A stretch of DNA of 64,000 bases, taken from Antedon mediterranea (taxonomy: Eukaryota > Animalia > Echinodermata). The stretch spans positions 3,224,001-3,288,000 of the forward strand of contig NC_092672.1 in the NCBI RefSeq assembly GCF_964355755.1, read 5' to 3'. This document shows, piece after piece, positions 49,026 to 63,010 of this stretch; the stretch's first letter is position 1; every line of letters starts with the position of its first letter. The translations under genes and the position numbers were made by a program. Below the pieces are notes generated by a model. It did no database searches and was not told the DNA's origin. It saw only the letters and a program-made list of their open reading frames with translations.

Positions 49026-50404
49026 GTGGTTAGGATTCCAGCATGCACCGGAACTCAACTGCCCATTGTTAAGTTAGGGAATCCGACACGCTATTGAGCA
49101 TGCCCAGAGCTATGGGAAATGAATTATAGCTTGCACTAATAGTGCCACACCACCACACCACGGAGAGTCGGAGTGTTACTGTAGCCTAGATAGTCGTTGC
49201 GCAAGCGAGAGAGCGATGGATGAAACTTTGCCTATGCCATACAAGAATTAATAATTAAAATACAACTACGCCCACGCGTTAAACGCGTTAAAATAATTAT
49301 AATTATATATATTAATAAGTATCAGTATCTATCTAAAGTAATGTTCAGACTCACGGAGTTACGGTGGAGTTATGTAAGCAGCGTACATATTTTTGTGTCT
49401 GAACCATGCCGCGGATTAGCGTTAGGAAGCTATTACTCCGCGCCAGTGGCGTTAATAAGCGGGAGAGGGTAGATTTCATAACGCTAATCCAGTGATGCAT
49501 CAGTCACAGTGATTTTAACCTTAACCAATGAAAATACACGACCACGATTAGCAGACAGCAACTACATACCCGTACCCTATGATACGACAGCGAAATAGCT
49601 ATGTCAAATGTATTTTCAGGTTCAGATTTTAAAGAACAGTAAAGTTGGCGTCAGTAATATGATATTTTTATAAATTAATCAATTAATCAGATAATTGTCC
49701 ATGTAACAATTACGTTTTAAATTATTTTGAATTAAAATGCAATTCTACAAGTAGTAAGAACAAATCAGTATATTTGAAGGTAAACATTATATAAATAAAA
49801 ATAAAAAAACAATGTAAACGATGTAAACTTTCATGCATTGTCATTGGAATGTTGATCGTTGTGTCTGAACACCTTGGCTTTTAACGCCACGGATTCCCGT
49901 ACGCCTTGCGTAGATAACTCCACCGTAACTCTGTGAGTCTGAACATACCCTAAGAATCGTAATGCTGTTTTTAGCGTTGTGACCCTGACTTCCCGAACAG
50001 TTTTTTAACATCTACGCGCGGTGGCTGCCGTCAACAAATCAACTTGTGATTGATTGCATGTTGTTATGTATAGTATAATGCGTTATGAAAAATCATAAAA
50101 CTAGTCATGTAATTATATAATTCATAATGATATGAAGTTTATATATGAATGAAGCAACCACTTTTTAATTACAAAATAAATAGGCCCACTGGTCACGTCT
50201 AACTGGTAGCCCTAGCCTACTGTAGATTAGTGGATCCCGTATTAGTAGGCATCAAGGCTAGTTCGCCGTGTGGTGCAGCTATGAAATGATCCATCGCTGT
50301 TGATAAGTATAGAGTTGCCGATTACCTCGCTCTGGGCATGCACAATAGCATGTCGGATTCCTTAACGGTGGGCAGTTGAGTTCCGGTGCCGGAATCCTAA
50401 CCAC
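49026..50404. mobile_element. TIR element (about 90-bp imperfect TIRs) containing a nested Harbinger-like MITE at 49336-49951
   Basis: GTGGTTAGGATTCC..GCACCGGAACTCAACTGCCCA mirrored at 50326-50404; inner TIR ATGTTCAGACTCAC(G/A)GAGTTACGGTGGAGTTAT. Confidence 0.75.
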
Positions 50405-50601
50405 GGCAAATAATACAGTATATTGCCTTGTCTTAAGCTGGTGAACACTCAAAATATATTCCCCCCCCCCCCCTCCTCCCTTTTACGGTATTATTATATT
50501 AATAATTTATAGTTTATACTATTTAATAATTTTTTATTTATTTATTATATATTTATTTCAGGTGATTGAAGGTACAAGAAATCAAGCTCATGTAAATCAA
50601 A

Positions 50602-53600
50602 ATGAATAGTTCGAGGTCAAATTCACGACCTCTTGGATCTGTGAAAATGAATCGTGGGATCATTTTTCCACCTCTGACACGTTTAGGAAATGAATCCGGA
50701 AGGAATTCATTAACACAAAATAGGCTTTCCATACAAGGGGATGGAATGGTTACACATCAAAGAGTTCCAGAAAAAGATGAAACACCGAGAACACCTAGCA
50801 GTAGTAGTAGACCACATACATCAAGGTCAGAACCAAACCAGAAGTTACAAGATGACCTCAGAGAATATCAGGTATCTCAGGTCTCACTACAACAGTTATC
50901 ATTAGCAGAACCAAGATTGGGCATCTTCCTTCCTCCCTCACCTCCCTGTATCCCTCCTTCATCTCCCTTACCTTCCTCCTTTCCTCCCTTACCTTCCTCC
51001 CTCACCTCCCTTCCTCAATATTGAATACTAAAATGATAGAACATTGTTTTGTTTTTTTCCCCCAATTGTTTAAAAGCTCTGTCTATACTATCAATTTTAA
51101 TGTGACAAAAATGTGATGTGCTCATATATGGATATGATGATGTTATATCACTACCATATTTGGGCATGTCACTACCGTATTTGGGCACATCACACTTTTT
51201 TTTGTCAAACTAGTTTGATAGCGTAGATAGACTATTTCAAAGTCCTGGACCTGACAACGGGCATCTTTCTGAATCCAATATCCCCCCCCCCCCCTTTTTT
51301 TAAACTTTTGCTCTGATACATTAACATTTTTTTAGAATCGTGAAAGGCAACACAAAAATCGTATACAATCTCTGCAGAAATTAAATGAACAGTTTAAAAG
51401 TGAAATTGCAGAAAAACAAGAAGAATTGGACGCTTTACGTATCAAGCTTAATGAAAGCGTAAGTTGGCTTAAACTATGCATGTCTGTACAGTGAGATTGT
51501 ACATTATGTAATCTTTCTTGTTTCTTTTAATGAGATGATTATTTAATAATAATAATAATAATAAATGACAACTTGTATAGCGCCGGTGTCCCCCACTCAT
51601 GTGGAGCTCATGGCGCTTTGTGCATTAGCAACGTGCGATTACATCAGCGAATAGTCAAATATACATGGTCAAATATAAGCAGGATATATGACCTTAAATT
51701 GACTATAAAAGACCACAGATGAAAATCTAATCTATGTGGCTTGACACAAAAAAAGACCATGTAAAATAAAAACTACCAAAACTGTGTCAAAGAATCAAGT
51801 GAAGAGTCACATCCCAAAGTCTCTGTATGCGCATAATCATCAATCAAAATTAACATTTATTTCCAAAAATGGTAGTGTCACCAATAAAAGCAAATGCTTG
51901 TGTCAGGGAAGCCAAAACTAAACAGACAAAGCAAACAAAACATATATATATATATATATATAAATCAGAAATGAAAATAACAATGAAAACATCAAGCGGT
52001 ACATTTCAATTGCAGTATAAATCAGGAGAAGTAAATATATTAACAAAAATGAATGTGATGTTATCACAATCAATAGCTCCCTCTAATATCTTTATTTATT
52101 GTGTAAAACCTCCATTGACACATTTGTATGTAATACAACATCAATGTTAAATGTGTTATTTGCTTTATTACAGGTTAGTCAGGAAGAACATTACAGAGTA
52201 TTATATGAGAAGGAAAAGAAAACTCATCAAACAACAAAATTAGAATTAGAAAAAGCAAAGCTGTCTGTAACGGAGAAGGCTAAATCAATTGTAGAATTAA
52301 AATCATTACACGAGTTGAACCTGAATGAAATGAATGCAAAGGTATGTACAGCTCTACATGTAATGAATGGAGTGGACACAATGATAAAGCTCTTGTCTAC
52401 ATTATCAAACTTTATGTTACAAAAGCATGTGATGTGCCCATCTCATAACATAATTAAATGATATACAGTATTAACAAGAACATAAATAATAATATAATAA
52501 TAAACAATATAATATTTAAATTAAATGACATTTTTAATAATAGGTCTAATAATATTTTCTTTAAAAATAACATATTAATAACATTGATAATAATACTAAT
52601 AATAAATAATAACACTCCATCAAAGTTAAGTATTGTACTTTTTGCTCTTTAGTTTCTTTTTGTACAATTCGTTTCCTTTTATTTAAATGTTTTTTCTTTT
52701 ATTTTCTCTTTATACTTTTATTTAGCCTTCAGGCTAACATAATGTATGTAATAATATGTAAGAACGCACCGTCCAGAAGAACGTGTGCCGCCGATTTAAA
52801 GGCGTATGTTCAATAAAGTTATTATTTTTTTTTTTATGGACATGATGATGTCATATAACTACCATATTTAAGCATATCACTACCATATTTGGGCATATCA
52901 CTACCATATTTGAGCATATCACTACCATATTTGAGCATATCACTACCATATTTGGGCACATCACACTTTTTTTTGTCAAACTAATTTTATTTCTTTATTT
53001 AGTACATAACGCTTTACACATGCAAAATGGTACAAACAACAACAACAATCATATGCACCATAAATTTTTGGTGTCAAGACATACACATCTTTCCATAGTC
53101 CGTAATTATGAGTATTATATTATACGTATGAAACGCCGTATGTGCCAAAATATTTTATCATAACTAAATTATGAGCTATACTTAGTCCAGTCCTCCACAG
53201 ACAGGAAATTAAACTCAGAGATGTAATTTTAATTTTTTTTTAAAGAATAGAGTGTTGAAAAATATTAATTGGTAGGTCATTCCAGAGTTGTGGTCCATAG
53301 TTTGATAGTGTAGACAGAGCTTGAGAAGTCAAGCTTGTACATGAAAAAGTGACTGTTGATATACACAGCATCATTTTCTTTCTTTAACCTTTATTATTTA
53401 TTATATGATTCCTTTCCATCTTTTTCTAATGTCATTCGTTTATACCAGATGTATTTTTTTTTCTGTTTTAAATAGCTTTTATTAGCAAACAAAATTAGCA
53501 AGTTTACGGTTTCTTTTCTTTCAGTACAAAACAGAATTGAACGAATTAGAAACAAGCAAAAATAAAGAAATATCTGATAGAGAAGACAAAATAAAAAAAC

Positions 53601-55687
53601 TCAAACTGCAAATGGGTAGCATTTTGAAAGATAATTCATGGTATGTATTTGGTTCCCTTTTGTTGGTTTTACTGTAATTTACAGATTTGACTTTTTGTTT
53701 TGTTCTTTTATTGTCAAAAATAACCAACAAATTTATTCACTAATCGTCTTTTAAGATAATTTAGCCACGCTGTCCAAAAGTCTAAGTACTCGTTAGAACC
53801 GGAGAAGCCAGCTAGGATAGCTTCTTCGTCAAGTGGAACAAGGGATGTATACAAAATTGTGTTCTTAATTGAATGTTTTGTTTCTATATATTTAGGCAAA
53901 TTGCCAACAATAACCATAAGCGAATTCATTCACTATCCTTCTTAAAGGTGGCAATGCCGTTCAAGAGAAAAACATATACGTAAGGTGCCCTACATAAACA
54001 AAGTCTTTGGGAGTGGACTCAGGACCCTTGGATTGGTAGCCAAGCATCATAACCACAAAGCCACCACTCTACTCCCAAAGACTTTTTGTGTATTAACTGT
54101 CAAAATCAATTCCCCAAGATCACTTCGGATATACTGTAGTTTTTGACATTTTCTTTCCTTTAATGACCGATGCATGGTATCACTCTCTACAGAATACAGA
54201 AATTTATTGGTCCAAAAGGAAATTCGTTTCGTTAACAAGCTCTCAAACAATTAATTAAAAATATAGAAAAAGTCATGAATACAAAAATACAAAATCTTAT
54301 AAAAATACGAATAAACATCATAAAGACAAAAATATAAAAAATATATCGTAACATATAAAATATTTAAAAAATATATATATATATTTATAGCAGTATTATA
54401 TACAGATATACACCAGTGTTTTCAAACAAACAAAATTGAGTAAAGATTTTTTTGTTTTTTACCCATGATTTTGGGTGTATTAACCCAACATTTTGTTTTT
54501 TCATTTCATTTATTTTGTCAAAATAAAAAACAAAAGAGTTCAAAATCCCAAAAAGACTAATTCACCAAAAAGTGAAATGAATCACTGTCAAGTGGCTCAC
54601 CAAAATGGAAATTGAAAAGAGTAATAAAATATGTTAACTTTCTATTGATTTTGAGGCAATAATAATCAAATTATTTGTTAATTATTTTGTGTGTATCAGG
54701 GAAAGGCAACAGCAGTTAGAAGAACTGACTAAAGAACTAAACAAAATTTCAGAAGAAGCGAACATTTTGAGAACTAAGTTAAAAAATCATATATGTAAAG
54801 CAAAAGGCAGCTGCGAAAATTGTTTCACTTATAAAAAATCACTTGAACTCAAGAATAAGAAACTTGAAGAACAAGAAAAAACAGTGTTACACTTGATGTC
54901 TTTAGTGAAAAAATTTGAAACTCAACTTATGCAACAGGTTGGTGACAATTGTCTTTAATATAAATGCTCACATTCCCTTAAGCTTGGTTTCCGCTTGCGA
55001 CGAAACGTAACGCAATCTACGCAACGTAAGCAAATGCCCTTCTAATATTGTGTTTGCCCCCGTCTGTGTGAAATCAAACCTGCGTTGTTTGCAGCACTGA
55101 TGCGCATCGCTGTGTTGTGTTCTATTGGGAACCAAGCTTTAATAAAAAACTTACCAACTGATAATACTGAAATAGTGTTTAAAAATAAAAATTGTCAATC
55201 CCCTAAAAAAAATTTTTTTTTCAAATTTGTTTGTTGAATATGCCATTTTGATGTTCCATATTTATAGTTATTCACTTCGACCAAAAATGTGTTAACAAAA
55301 ATTATTTACCTGAAAAAAAACTGTAATTTAAAGCTAAAAATACTTAATTGGTTTTTGGTTAAAATTAAATGTTTCTTTTGAATTAAAACATTAAATTACA
55401 TTTTTTCAGGTAAATAAATATATTTCGATTCAGTTTTTAGTATTAACTATTATGCGACATTAAAAAAACTCATTTATTTACTACTTCCATTCAATTTTAC
55501 TTTTTATCGTATTAAATGACAGTTTTTCAGGTCAAAATGAATAACTATTATGTGGCATCAACATGGCATAAAATGGATTTTTTCAGGGGGACAATATATC
55601 TTTAATGGTTGGGTTTTTTTACAGGATATGATGTTAAAAGAGTTTGCAATGAAGAAAGGGTTTAAATCCAATTACCTGCCAAAATGA
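50602..55687 (+). CDS. Uncharacterised coiled-coil protein, 325 aa, 6 coding exons
   Basis: Exons 50602-50871, 51336-51458, 52174-52341, 53525-53640, 54700-54937, 55625-55687 (978 nt) join in frame with GT-AG sites; S/P/R-rich N-terminus then E/K/Q/L heptads, NSWERQQQLEELTKEL, CxxC. Confidence 0.85.
54981..55138. mobile_element. Harbinger-like MITE
   Basis: AGCTTGGTT(T/C)CC termini, TTA/TTA flanks. Confidence 0.7.
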
Positions 55688-57727
55688 AGATATTCAAATA
55701 TACTAGGTGCTGTAAAAACAGACGACTTCCATTTGCAGTTTTTCAAGGGTGTTTTAGGTGCTATTTTATTCATCTTTGGCGTTACATACATTTATTGAAA
55801 CTTGGTCTGACGCAATACAAAGATGTAAGTGCACTACAAGTAACTTGACCAATCGTGATGCTATGGACCACTGACCTGTCACTTTTGATTGGTCAACTCA
55901 CTCACGCTGTGCCTACGTTGTTGTTTCATCAAAGCTTAGAGTCCATTACCTTCAACATTCTAGATTGTTGACTTACTGCTGGGGCGATGTGCAACTGTGC
56001 TTCTGTACCAGTTTCTGCACAGTAAAGGAAGATAATGATGACTTTTGTTGGAGAAAGTTATTATTTCCTGTGTCAGCTCATTCTCCTCTACTTTATATGC
56101 TTTTGTGTGCTCTTTTATAATACGATATGATTCAGATTTAAAGCTCTGTCTACACTATCAAACTTTATGTAACAACAAAATGTGATGTGCCCATATTTGG
56201 ACGTGACATGATGATATCATATCACTACCATATTTTAGCATATCACTACCATATTTGGGTGCATCACACTTTATTTTTAAACTAGTTTGATAGCGTAGAC
56301 AAGACTATTTCAAAGTCTTGGGCCAGCCAGTGTTGATTTACTGCTCTCCTTTTAATTATAGACCACTTTTTAGTTGGCGGTCTTCTTTCCAAATAGAGCT
56401 ATATATTTTAAATCTCAAATAAGTCATTCTGTTAATTTGAAGAAGATGTATATAATATCATATAATTGCAATTAAATTGTTTTGTACATAAATGTGTAAT
56501 CATTTTTATTAAATTTTGATGGCTTGTGTTTACTCTTTTTTTTGCTGTTGTAAATCGTTTTTAATTTTTCATTTTATCCATTTTCGAAATTCTATAAAAC
56601 AAAAAGATGAAAACAATTTTACACATTTTATTTATTTTACAATCAAAATTGAAAAATACTTTACAATTACAGTACTGTGTATATAAATATATACTGTATA
56701 AACAACTCTATTCTAAATACAGTTTTACGGTAATAATGGTGTCGGACTTCGTATACAGTAGTAATAATAATATAAAAACTATTCAAAAAAAAATTATGTC
56801 ATATATAGGCCTATAGATAGCTACGTATAATGCCAACCCAAAATGACTAATAAATCGCGACGGGTTTCAGTTGTGTATGAGGCTCTCTATCTGGAAACCT
56901 AATGGATATATTTTTTTTATTCAGCAAATTAGCGCAATACATTTTTGAGCTGTGAGCCAAACATGTGCACTCTATATATTGTTCAAATGGCCGCAATGCC
57001 GATACACAAACGTAAATTACTGTTCAGTATTATTAGTTGATTAACTGTGCGCACTTTGATTTACGGATGAATATCCAGCAAAAACTATTTGCATCTGTGG
57101 TAAAATTAATGGTGTTTTTTTTAAATCGATTCCTCTTTGCTGCTCTCCCTCGAATCATTTATTTACGTAAATCTTGTGTTAGTTTTAAAGAATAAATGAA
57201 CAAATAAATGAGTTTGCTGTCGAATGTTTTGTTGACGCAATAATGTGCAATTAATGTTCGATTTCCCTCGAGAATTACTCTTCTCGAGTTTAGCAATAAA
57301 AGTATCTATTTTTGGTTGTATATCCTGCTTCTTGAGTAGCGACTTAACGACTTTGTCCCAGTTATTCTTAAATTGAAATTCTCGGTTTAAAACTGTTATT
57401 GTTAATAATACTCGAAATCATGATCATTAGTAATAACATTGATATTATAACTAATGCCACCTTTTTTCGGACGCCTTGTTTAAATGAACACGAACTAAGC
57501 AGTTGAGTAGAACGGCTATGAGTGCTCATAAACCCACCCTGGGACCCCGGAGCTTACAGGGGCCCCTGGGCAGTGTCAAGAGGAAAAAATCAGGTATTCA
57601 AATATGTCGAAAAGGTTAAAAACGCACGAGGCCTCCAGCGTGGGAGGGCCGGTCACGTAGGGTTCCAAAACCAGGGACCTCGAGCACCTGCGTTACGCCA
57701 TTTACATTTTAAATCCTTAGCGGTCCT

Positions 57728-59098
57728 TTAAACACAAGAGCATTTTGGAAATTTAAAAGACATTGGTCGTCCATCGATCTCTGAATAATGTACGTCACAG
57801 TCTTCTGGTACTTGTGACGCCACAGATCTCATCCAATGTGCTACGTCATCAGATGTCTGTACTTGCTGAAGAGCATGGAAATCTTTCGGATCGCTATACA
57901 TCTCTTGATGAATGACTGTTTCGTTTGGGGACAGTCTTGGTGGTCTACCACACAGACAGCAATAACATACTGGTGTTATTGCCAAAAACAGAAAGAAAAC
58001 AAACGCTCCTGTTAACCCTATAACGGCGACGACTACAGGAACGCCAAGAAAATGTCCTTTATTGTTATCATAAACACCACCTGTTGTTAATTCCTCCTGA
58101 TGACTATCGCTCTCCTCCTCTTGGAGATGTAGGGTAACGGACGATGATGATGTACCCATTGAGTTCGTAGCCACGCATGTTAACATACACCCTTCATCTG
58201 ATAACGAAGGGTTTAATAATCGTAATATCTGATACGTATTATCATCTATGACTACCTTACTCGTCAATTGTGACGATACGTTCCATTTGTACGTTGTCGA
58301 CGTAGGATTTGCAGTACTTTCGCATATATAAACCGACTCCTTACCGACGTAAATCACGTCCGAATATCGACGAATCGTTATTATAGGTTTATGTAAAACC
58401 ACCAGAGGGGTTATATCACATTGTGGAGATTTTGACTTTATCGCGGATGACGTCATGGTACACGTAAACCTGTCTCCGTTATCTTTTGGTTTGGGTACAA
58501 AAGTATAATGCGTTTTAATTAAACTATTTTGTAGATCCTTTTCAATTCTTGAAGGGACAACTTGTCCGTTACGCGTCCATTTAAGCGTGACGGGTGGGGT
58601 GACGATTTCCGACACACACGTCAATGTCACCTCCTGGCCTTCGGGAAACCCACCGTCTTTTTCAGTTAAACATTTTGGATACTGCGATCCTGGGAGTTGA
58701 TTCACAATTAAACTTGCGTGTTTAGAAAACGTTCGTACCTTCATACGCTCCTCGGCTAAACACGTATAAACACCACCGTCTGACACAGTGACGGGGTTTA
58801 TTTTTAGAACGTACATAAAACCGCTGGTTGTACGAACCAAATCAGACTCGATATGATGACCTACTTGTATTGTCGGACCAAGTATGGAATGTTCCTGCGC
58901 GATAGTCGTTTCGTCCTTCTTCCATATGAGTATGTATTCTTCATCGTCCAACGTATTTGCAATTTCACAAACTAACGTAACCGTCTCTCCTTCCATTACG
59001 CTTGTGCGTAGAGGTTCGATACGAAATGTGTACATTTCACAGACAGGAAAAAATGTTGAGCAAAATCCTGCAATCACAATTATCATTAACCGTGACAT
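57728..59098 (-). CDS. Type I membrane protein with three Ig-like domains (CADM/nectin/KIRREL-like architecture), 456 aa, single coding exon
   Basis: Likely start MSRLMIIVIAGFC (signal peptide); GETVTLVC..W..DGGVYTC; VTLTC..LKW..DNGDRFTC; YICES.ANP..YKW..LTCVATNSMG; TM GVPVVVAVIGLTGAFVFFLFLAI; candidate acceptor TTAG/ at 59127. Confidence 0.9.
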   Translation of the reverse strand: MSRLMIIVIAGFCSTFFPVCEMYTFRIEPLRTSVMEGETVTLVCEIANTLDDEEYILIWKKDETTIAQEHSILGPTIQVGHHIESDLVRTTSGFMYVLKINPVTVSDGGVYTCLAEERMKVRTFSKHASLIVNQLPGSQYPKCLTEKDGGFPEGQEVTLTCVSEIVTPPVTLKWTRNGQVVPSRIEKDLQNSLIKTHYTFVPKPKDNGDRFTCTMTSSAIKSKSPQCDITPLVVLHKPIITIRRYSDVIYVGKESVYICESTANPTSTTYKWNVSSQLTSKVVIDDNTYQILRLLNPSLSDEGCMLTCVATNSMGTSSSSVTLHLQEEESDSHQEELTTGGVYDNNKGHFLGVPVVVAVIGLTGAFVFFLFLAITPVCYCCLCGRPPRLSPNETVIHQEMYSDPKDFHALQQVQTSDDVAHWMRSVASQVPEDCDVHYSEIDGRPMSFKFPKCSCV

Positions 59099-60499
59099 TT
59101 TCCTCTTAACATCCAAGAAAGTATTCCTAAGTTTTAGATACGAATTTGAATAAAATATAAACAATATCAAACGATATTTTCTCCGTAGTTTTATATACAC
59201 CGTTTTGACAGTAGACAGAAACTGAATGACAGTAAAAAGAAAAATAAACGCAATCCGATCAACTCCATGAATTATCACCTGCTAGAACTTCTCATTTTCA
59301 TGCAATCAATATTTTACCGCCTTTTTTACAGGTGGTATTCCAGTTTCGACACACACAGTTACGAGTATCATGAATACATATTGCCTGCTGTTTTCTATAT
59401 AAAACATTTTAATCAACAATATAAAGCTTATAGTAAGCTTGTAGAATTATAATGAATGCATATCGGCTACCTTCGAAGAAGCAGCTTGTGTGTCGTGCGT
59501 ATTTAAGACTCAATTTCCGTTTTATAATAGGATGCTAACAAATAATAGCCACAAAGAAGATTTTATTGCCGTAATCGCTTCTTGTAGACAATGGATAAAA
59601 AAAATTGAAAACAAAAGAACGATAGGTCACCGAGTTTGTAAAAATACAATACATTTTTTAAACGCACGGTTTGTAACGGTAACCCCTCTGGCTAATTTCA
59701 TATTATTGTACTCAGTGCGTGTCAGGCAACTCTCTTTCCTATGAGGTTAAATTTAATAGAAAGGTTATAAGAAGGATATGAACTATCGAAAGGTAGATAA
59801 CCAAAATAGGTCAGACTGCTGCACTTCTTAAAACTTCCACGACGTACACGAACTTATACTTTCATGTAGCAAACGAAGTAAATGATTAAAACCAACATTT
59901 CTGATAATTATTTTTTTATACTTTCCCTTTTTGTTTTGGTGGTGGAGCCGCAAATCGTAATCAACACGTGACGTTTTTTTTCAGTTGATTTTACGATTTG
60001 CATTTTTAAGGATATTTCGTAATAAAATTATTTTACGAATTACGTTGATTTGTAGGTTATAAAAAATACGTTACGTTTACGTTTTGAGTTGTCACTACTA
60101 TGCAACTTCAGTGAGAGGATTTGAGGCCTATCAGTTTTGATTTTAAGTCAATCCAATACTGAGCCTATCATAATTTATAATGTAATTTTAGCGTAGCCTA
60201 TACTTAATAAGATCGTGTCAGCCTTTGGCTGCCCTCTGTTTTCTTCTACAATGAAATACCTGATAATATGACGCAAAGGAAGTTGTCTATATGGCAGCGT
60301 CGGTCTATGGTAGGCCTACACAACATGTACTTAAGCCAATTGTTAATTTTTAGTGATTGTATCGGGGATGGGGAGCGTAGGAGGAGTACGTCATGGTACC
60401 CTGATCAGGGAGTTTATTGCCTGCCTTCATAATTTTGTATTTTTAGTTTGATTGATTTTCAATATTGTTGCGGCTTGAATTTTGTTGGTTAAGTCACCA

Positions 60500-61756
60500 T
60501 AATTCACGTTTTTGATTGGTTAATAGTAAAAATATCAGACTAACGTTGATGGCGCATGGCATATTTTTCAGAGAGAGCGCGAACTTCGTCTCTGTCGCAC
60601 ACACGATCGACGACGTAGGCCTAGGCCTAGCTAGTACCTTCCTTCCCTTCTCAACTGCTGTCTGGTGGTTACACACATCATCAGGTAGACAACTAGCCGG
60701 GGCCTAGACCTGATATATATATATTTAAAGTTACCTAATTGTTCAAGTAGTAGTAGGACTTAGTAGTCGGAGTAGCCTAGGCCTCTAGCCTATATATAGT
60801 AGGGCCTAGGCCTAGCCTAAATAAGCCTCTCTAGCTAGGCTTGCTACGGTGCTGGGTGGGCGCGCTCGGCCTAGCCTACTCCTCTCTATATAGGATAGGC
60901 CCTAGGCATACTAGCTGAGTGAGCCTATAAACCTCTCTGCTAGTTAGGGTAGGCCTAGTTTAACACGGTCACATTATCTACACCTGTTAATACAATCAAA
61001 TGGTTAAAGGTTTATATAATATAATGATATCAATTACGGTAAGTAAGCCTACTACCTACTCTCTAGGCTTACTACACAGTAGTAGGCCTAGCCTTAGGCC
61101 TACATGTTTAAATATTAACATGCTCTATATATATAAATGCTCTTTATAAATAGTGGTAAATTTAACTTCATATAGGTATATATTTTTCTTTCCAGAAACA
61201 GGTTAAATTAAAATATTACTAAACATAAACCCATCAATCAGCTTAATTTAATTTATTCATGGAGTTATATTACTCCATGATTTTATCACAGAGGGTGCAG
61301 TCTTCATTCAGTATTTTGAAAAAATGTATATTAAAAGCGTACAATTAAATATCACAAATTAAATATAATGTTAGCATGTACGTGATTTTATTTCATTGGA
61401 CCCTGCTGGGCGTAAATTATAGTATGACACTAATAACACCCTACCTAGGCCTTAATATATTTATCCAACATAATACATTTCTTTATTTATATTGCTGGTA
61501 CAGTAGCCCTACTTTTCTAGTAAGACTTAGTAGTAACTTAGTAGTAAGTAAAAGTACTTGAGCTACTTACTTAGTTAGCTTAAATTTTAAGTTATGATGT
61601 ATTCCACTCGAATTTCTAGCCTAGGCCTAGTTAAGACTGAAAATAAGAGATAAACAATTTTTTTCAAATTAAATAACTTTCTGCATTTGAATTTGTTTTT
61701 TCAGCTTCTCATTTTTTCCCTGCGAACAGAAGATTGACTAGGCCTTGTCAAGAATG
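60500..61756 (+). promoter_or_regulatory. Probable promoter and 5' exons of a further gene (unidentified)
   Basis: Inverted CCAAT (about 60515), CpG patch, donors CAG/GTAGAC (60685) and CG/GTAAGT (61019), internal exon 61705-61756 with good acceptor and ATG/GTAAGC donor. Confidence 0.4.
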
Positions 61757-62621
61757 GTAAGCAATTTGAAATATTAGCTAAATTAAACCACCCCACCATT
61801 CAACCTGCCTCATTTTTCATTAACAATTTTGATTAGCTATGATTGCAAATCAATCAATTTTTACTAGAAAACATAGTTATATTACATGATGAATGCGACA
61901 ATTCATGTAGTTTGCGTTGGAATTTTAAATGCTTACAAAAATAGGTACATTAGACCGCCCAACCATACAACCTGCCTCATCATACTGTAGTTGTGTCATC
62001 ATCATCAGTCAGCTACTACAATCTTTCTCCAGCCACAATGGTCCTTGGCTAACTCTGACAGCTTATCAGAGGTAATCAGCCTTGTTTACTGTAGGATTGG
62101 ATTATATTGTACATTGCTACCCCATTAATATTCAATTACTCCATCACTGACACTGTAAAGTGTATTGTACGTATAGGGTTATGCATTATGCCGCCTGCCC
62201 CGACTTACCATAAATCGTAATATTTTTATAGTGTACATGACTGTATGCTGTCATCCCCAACATACAGTACTTTACAGTAGTAATGTGTGCATGAAAAAAA
62301 AGCCTGCTCCACAAGATTGTGTGTTGTTATTATGTCACCTGCCCGACATTCTGTACAATACCTTTAATCTATGGCTCTTTACATCAGTAGAAGGAACAAA
62401 AAATAAGAACCTTTTAAACGCAATTATTTCACAGTAAAATCTTATATTCCATCTATTAATGTACACATCACACATTATGCCACCTGCCCAAACTTAATGA
62501 ACTAATGTTCAATCCATATGTCACCTGTCCCAACATATATATACTGTAGTACTGTACATTATGTGGCAGAAACATGCCTCAACATACTTTTGTATTTACA
62601 GTATGTGTGGACACAGGCCAC

Positions 62622-63010
62622 CTGTCCCAACAAGTTGTACATTTAGTGTGAACATGGTACATATTTACCACCCCCTGTCCCAACAAGTTGTACATTTAGT
62701 GTGAACATGGTACATATTTACCATCCCCTATCCCATCAAGTTGTACATTTAGTGTGAACATGGTACATATTTACTACCCCCTGTCACATCAATTGTACAT
62801 TTGGTGTGAACATGATACATATTTACCACCCCCTGTCACATCAAGTTGTACATTTAGTGTGAACATGGTACAGTACATATTTACCACCCCCTGTCCCATC
62901 AAGTTGTACATTTAGTGTGAACATGGTACATATTTACCACCCCCTGTCCCATCAAGTTGTACATTTAGTGTGAACATGGTACATATTTACCACCCTGCCC
63001 CAACAAGTTA
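62622..63010. repeat. About 53-bp minisatellite
   Basis: About 7 copies of CCCCCTGTCCCATCAAGTTGTACATTTAGTGTGAACATGGTACATATTTACCA. Confidence 0.92.

Noticed and set aside
59099-59278. N-terminal 60 aa of the 516-aa ORF
   Set aside because: Non-ATG start, AT-rich intron-like sequence with an acceptor at 59127; signal peptide begins at Met 59098.
62622-63010. Regular repeats (also 8143-8432, 5740-5855, 1208-1338) as CRISPR-like arrays or repeat proteins
   Set aside because: Head-to-tail units without unique spacers, eukaryotic context, no cas genes; ORFs over them are repeat artefacts.
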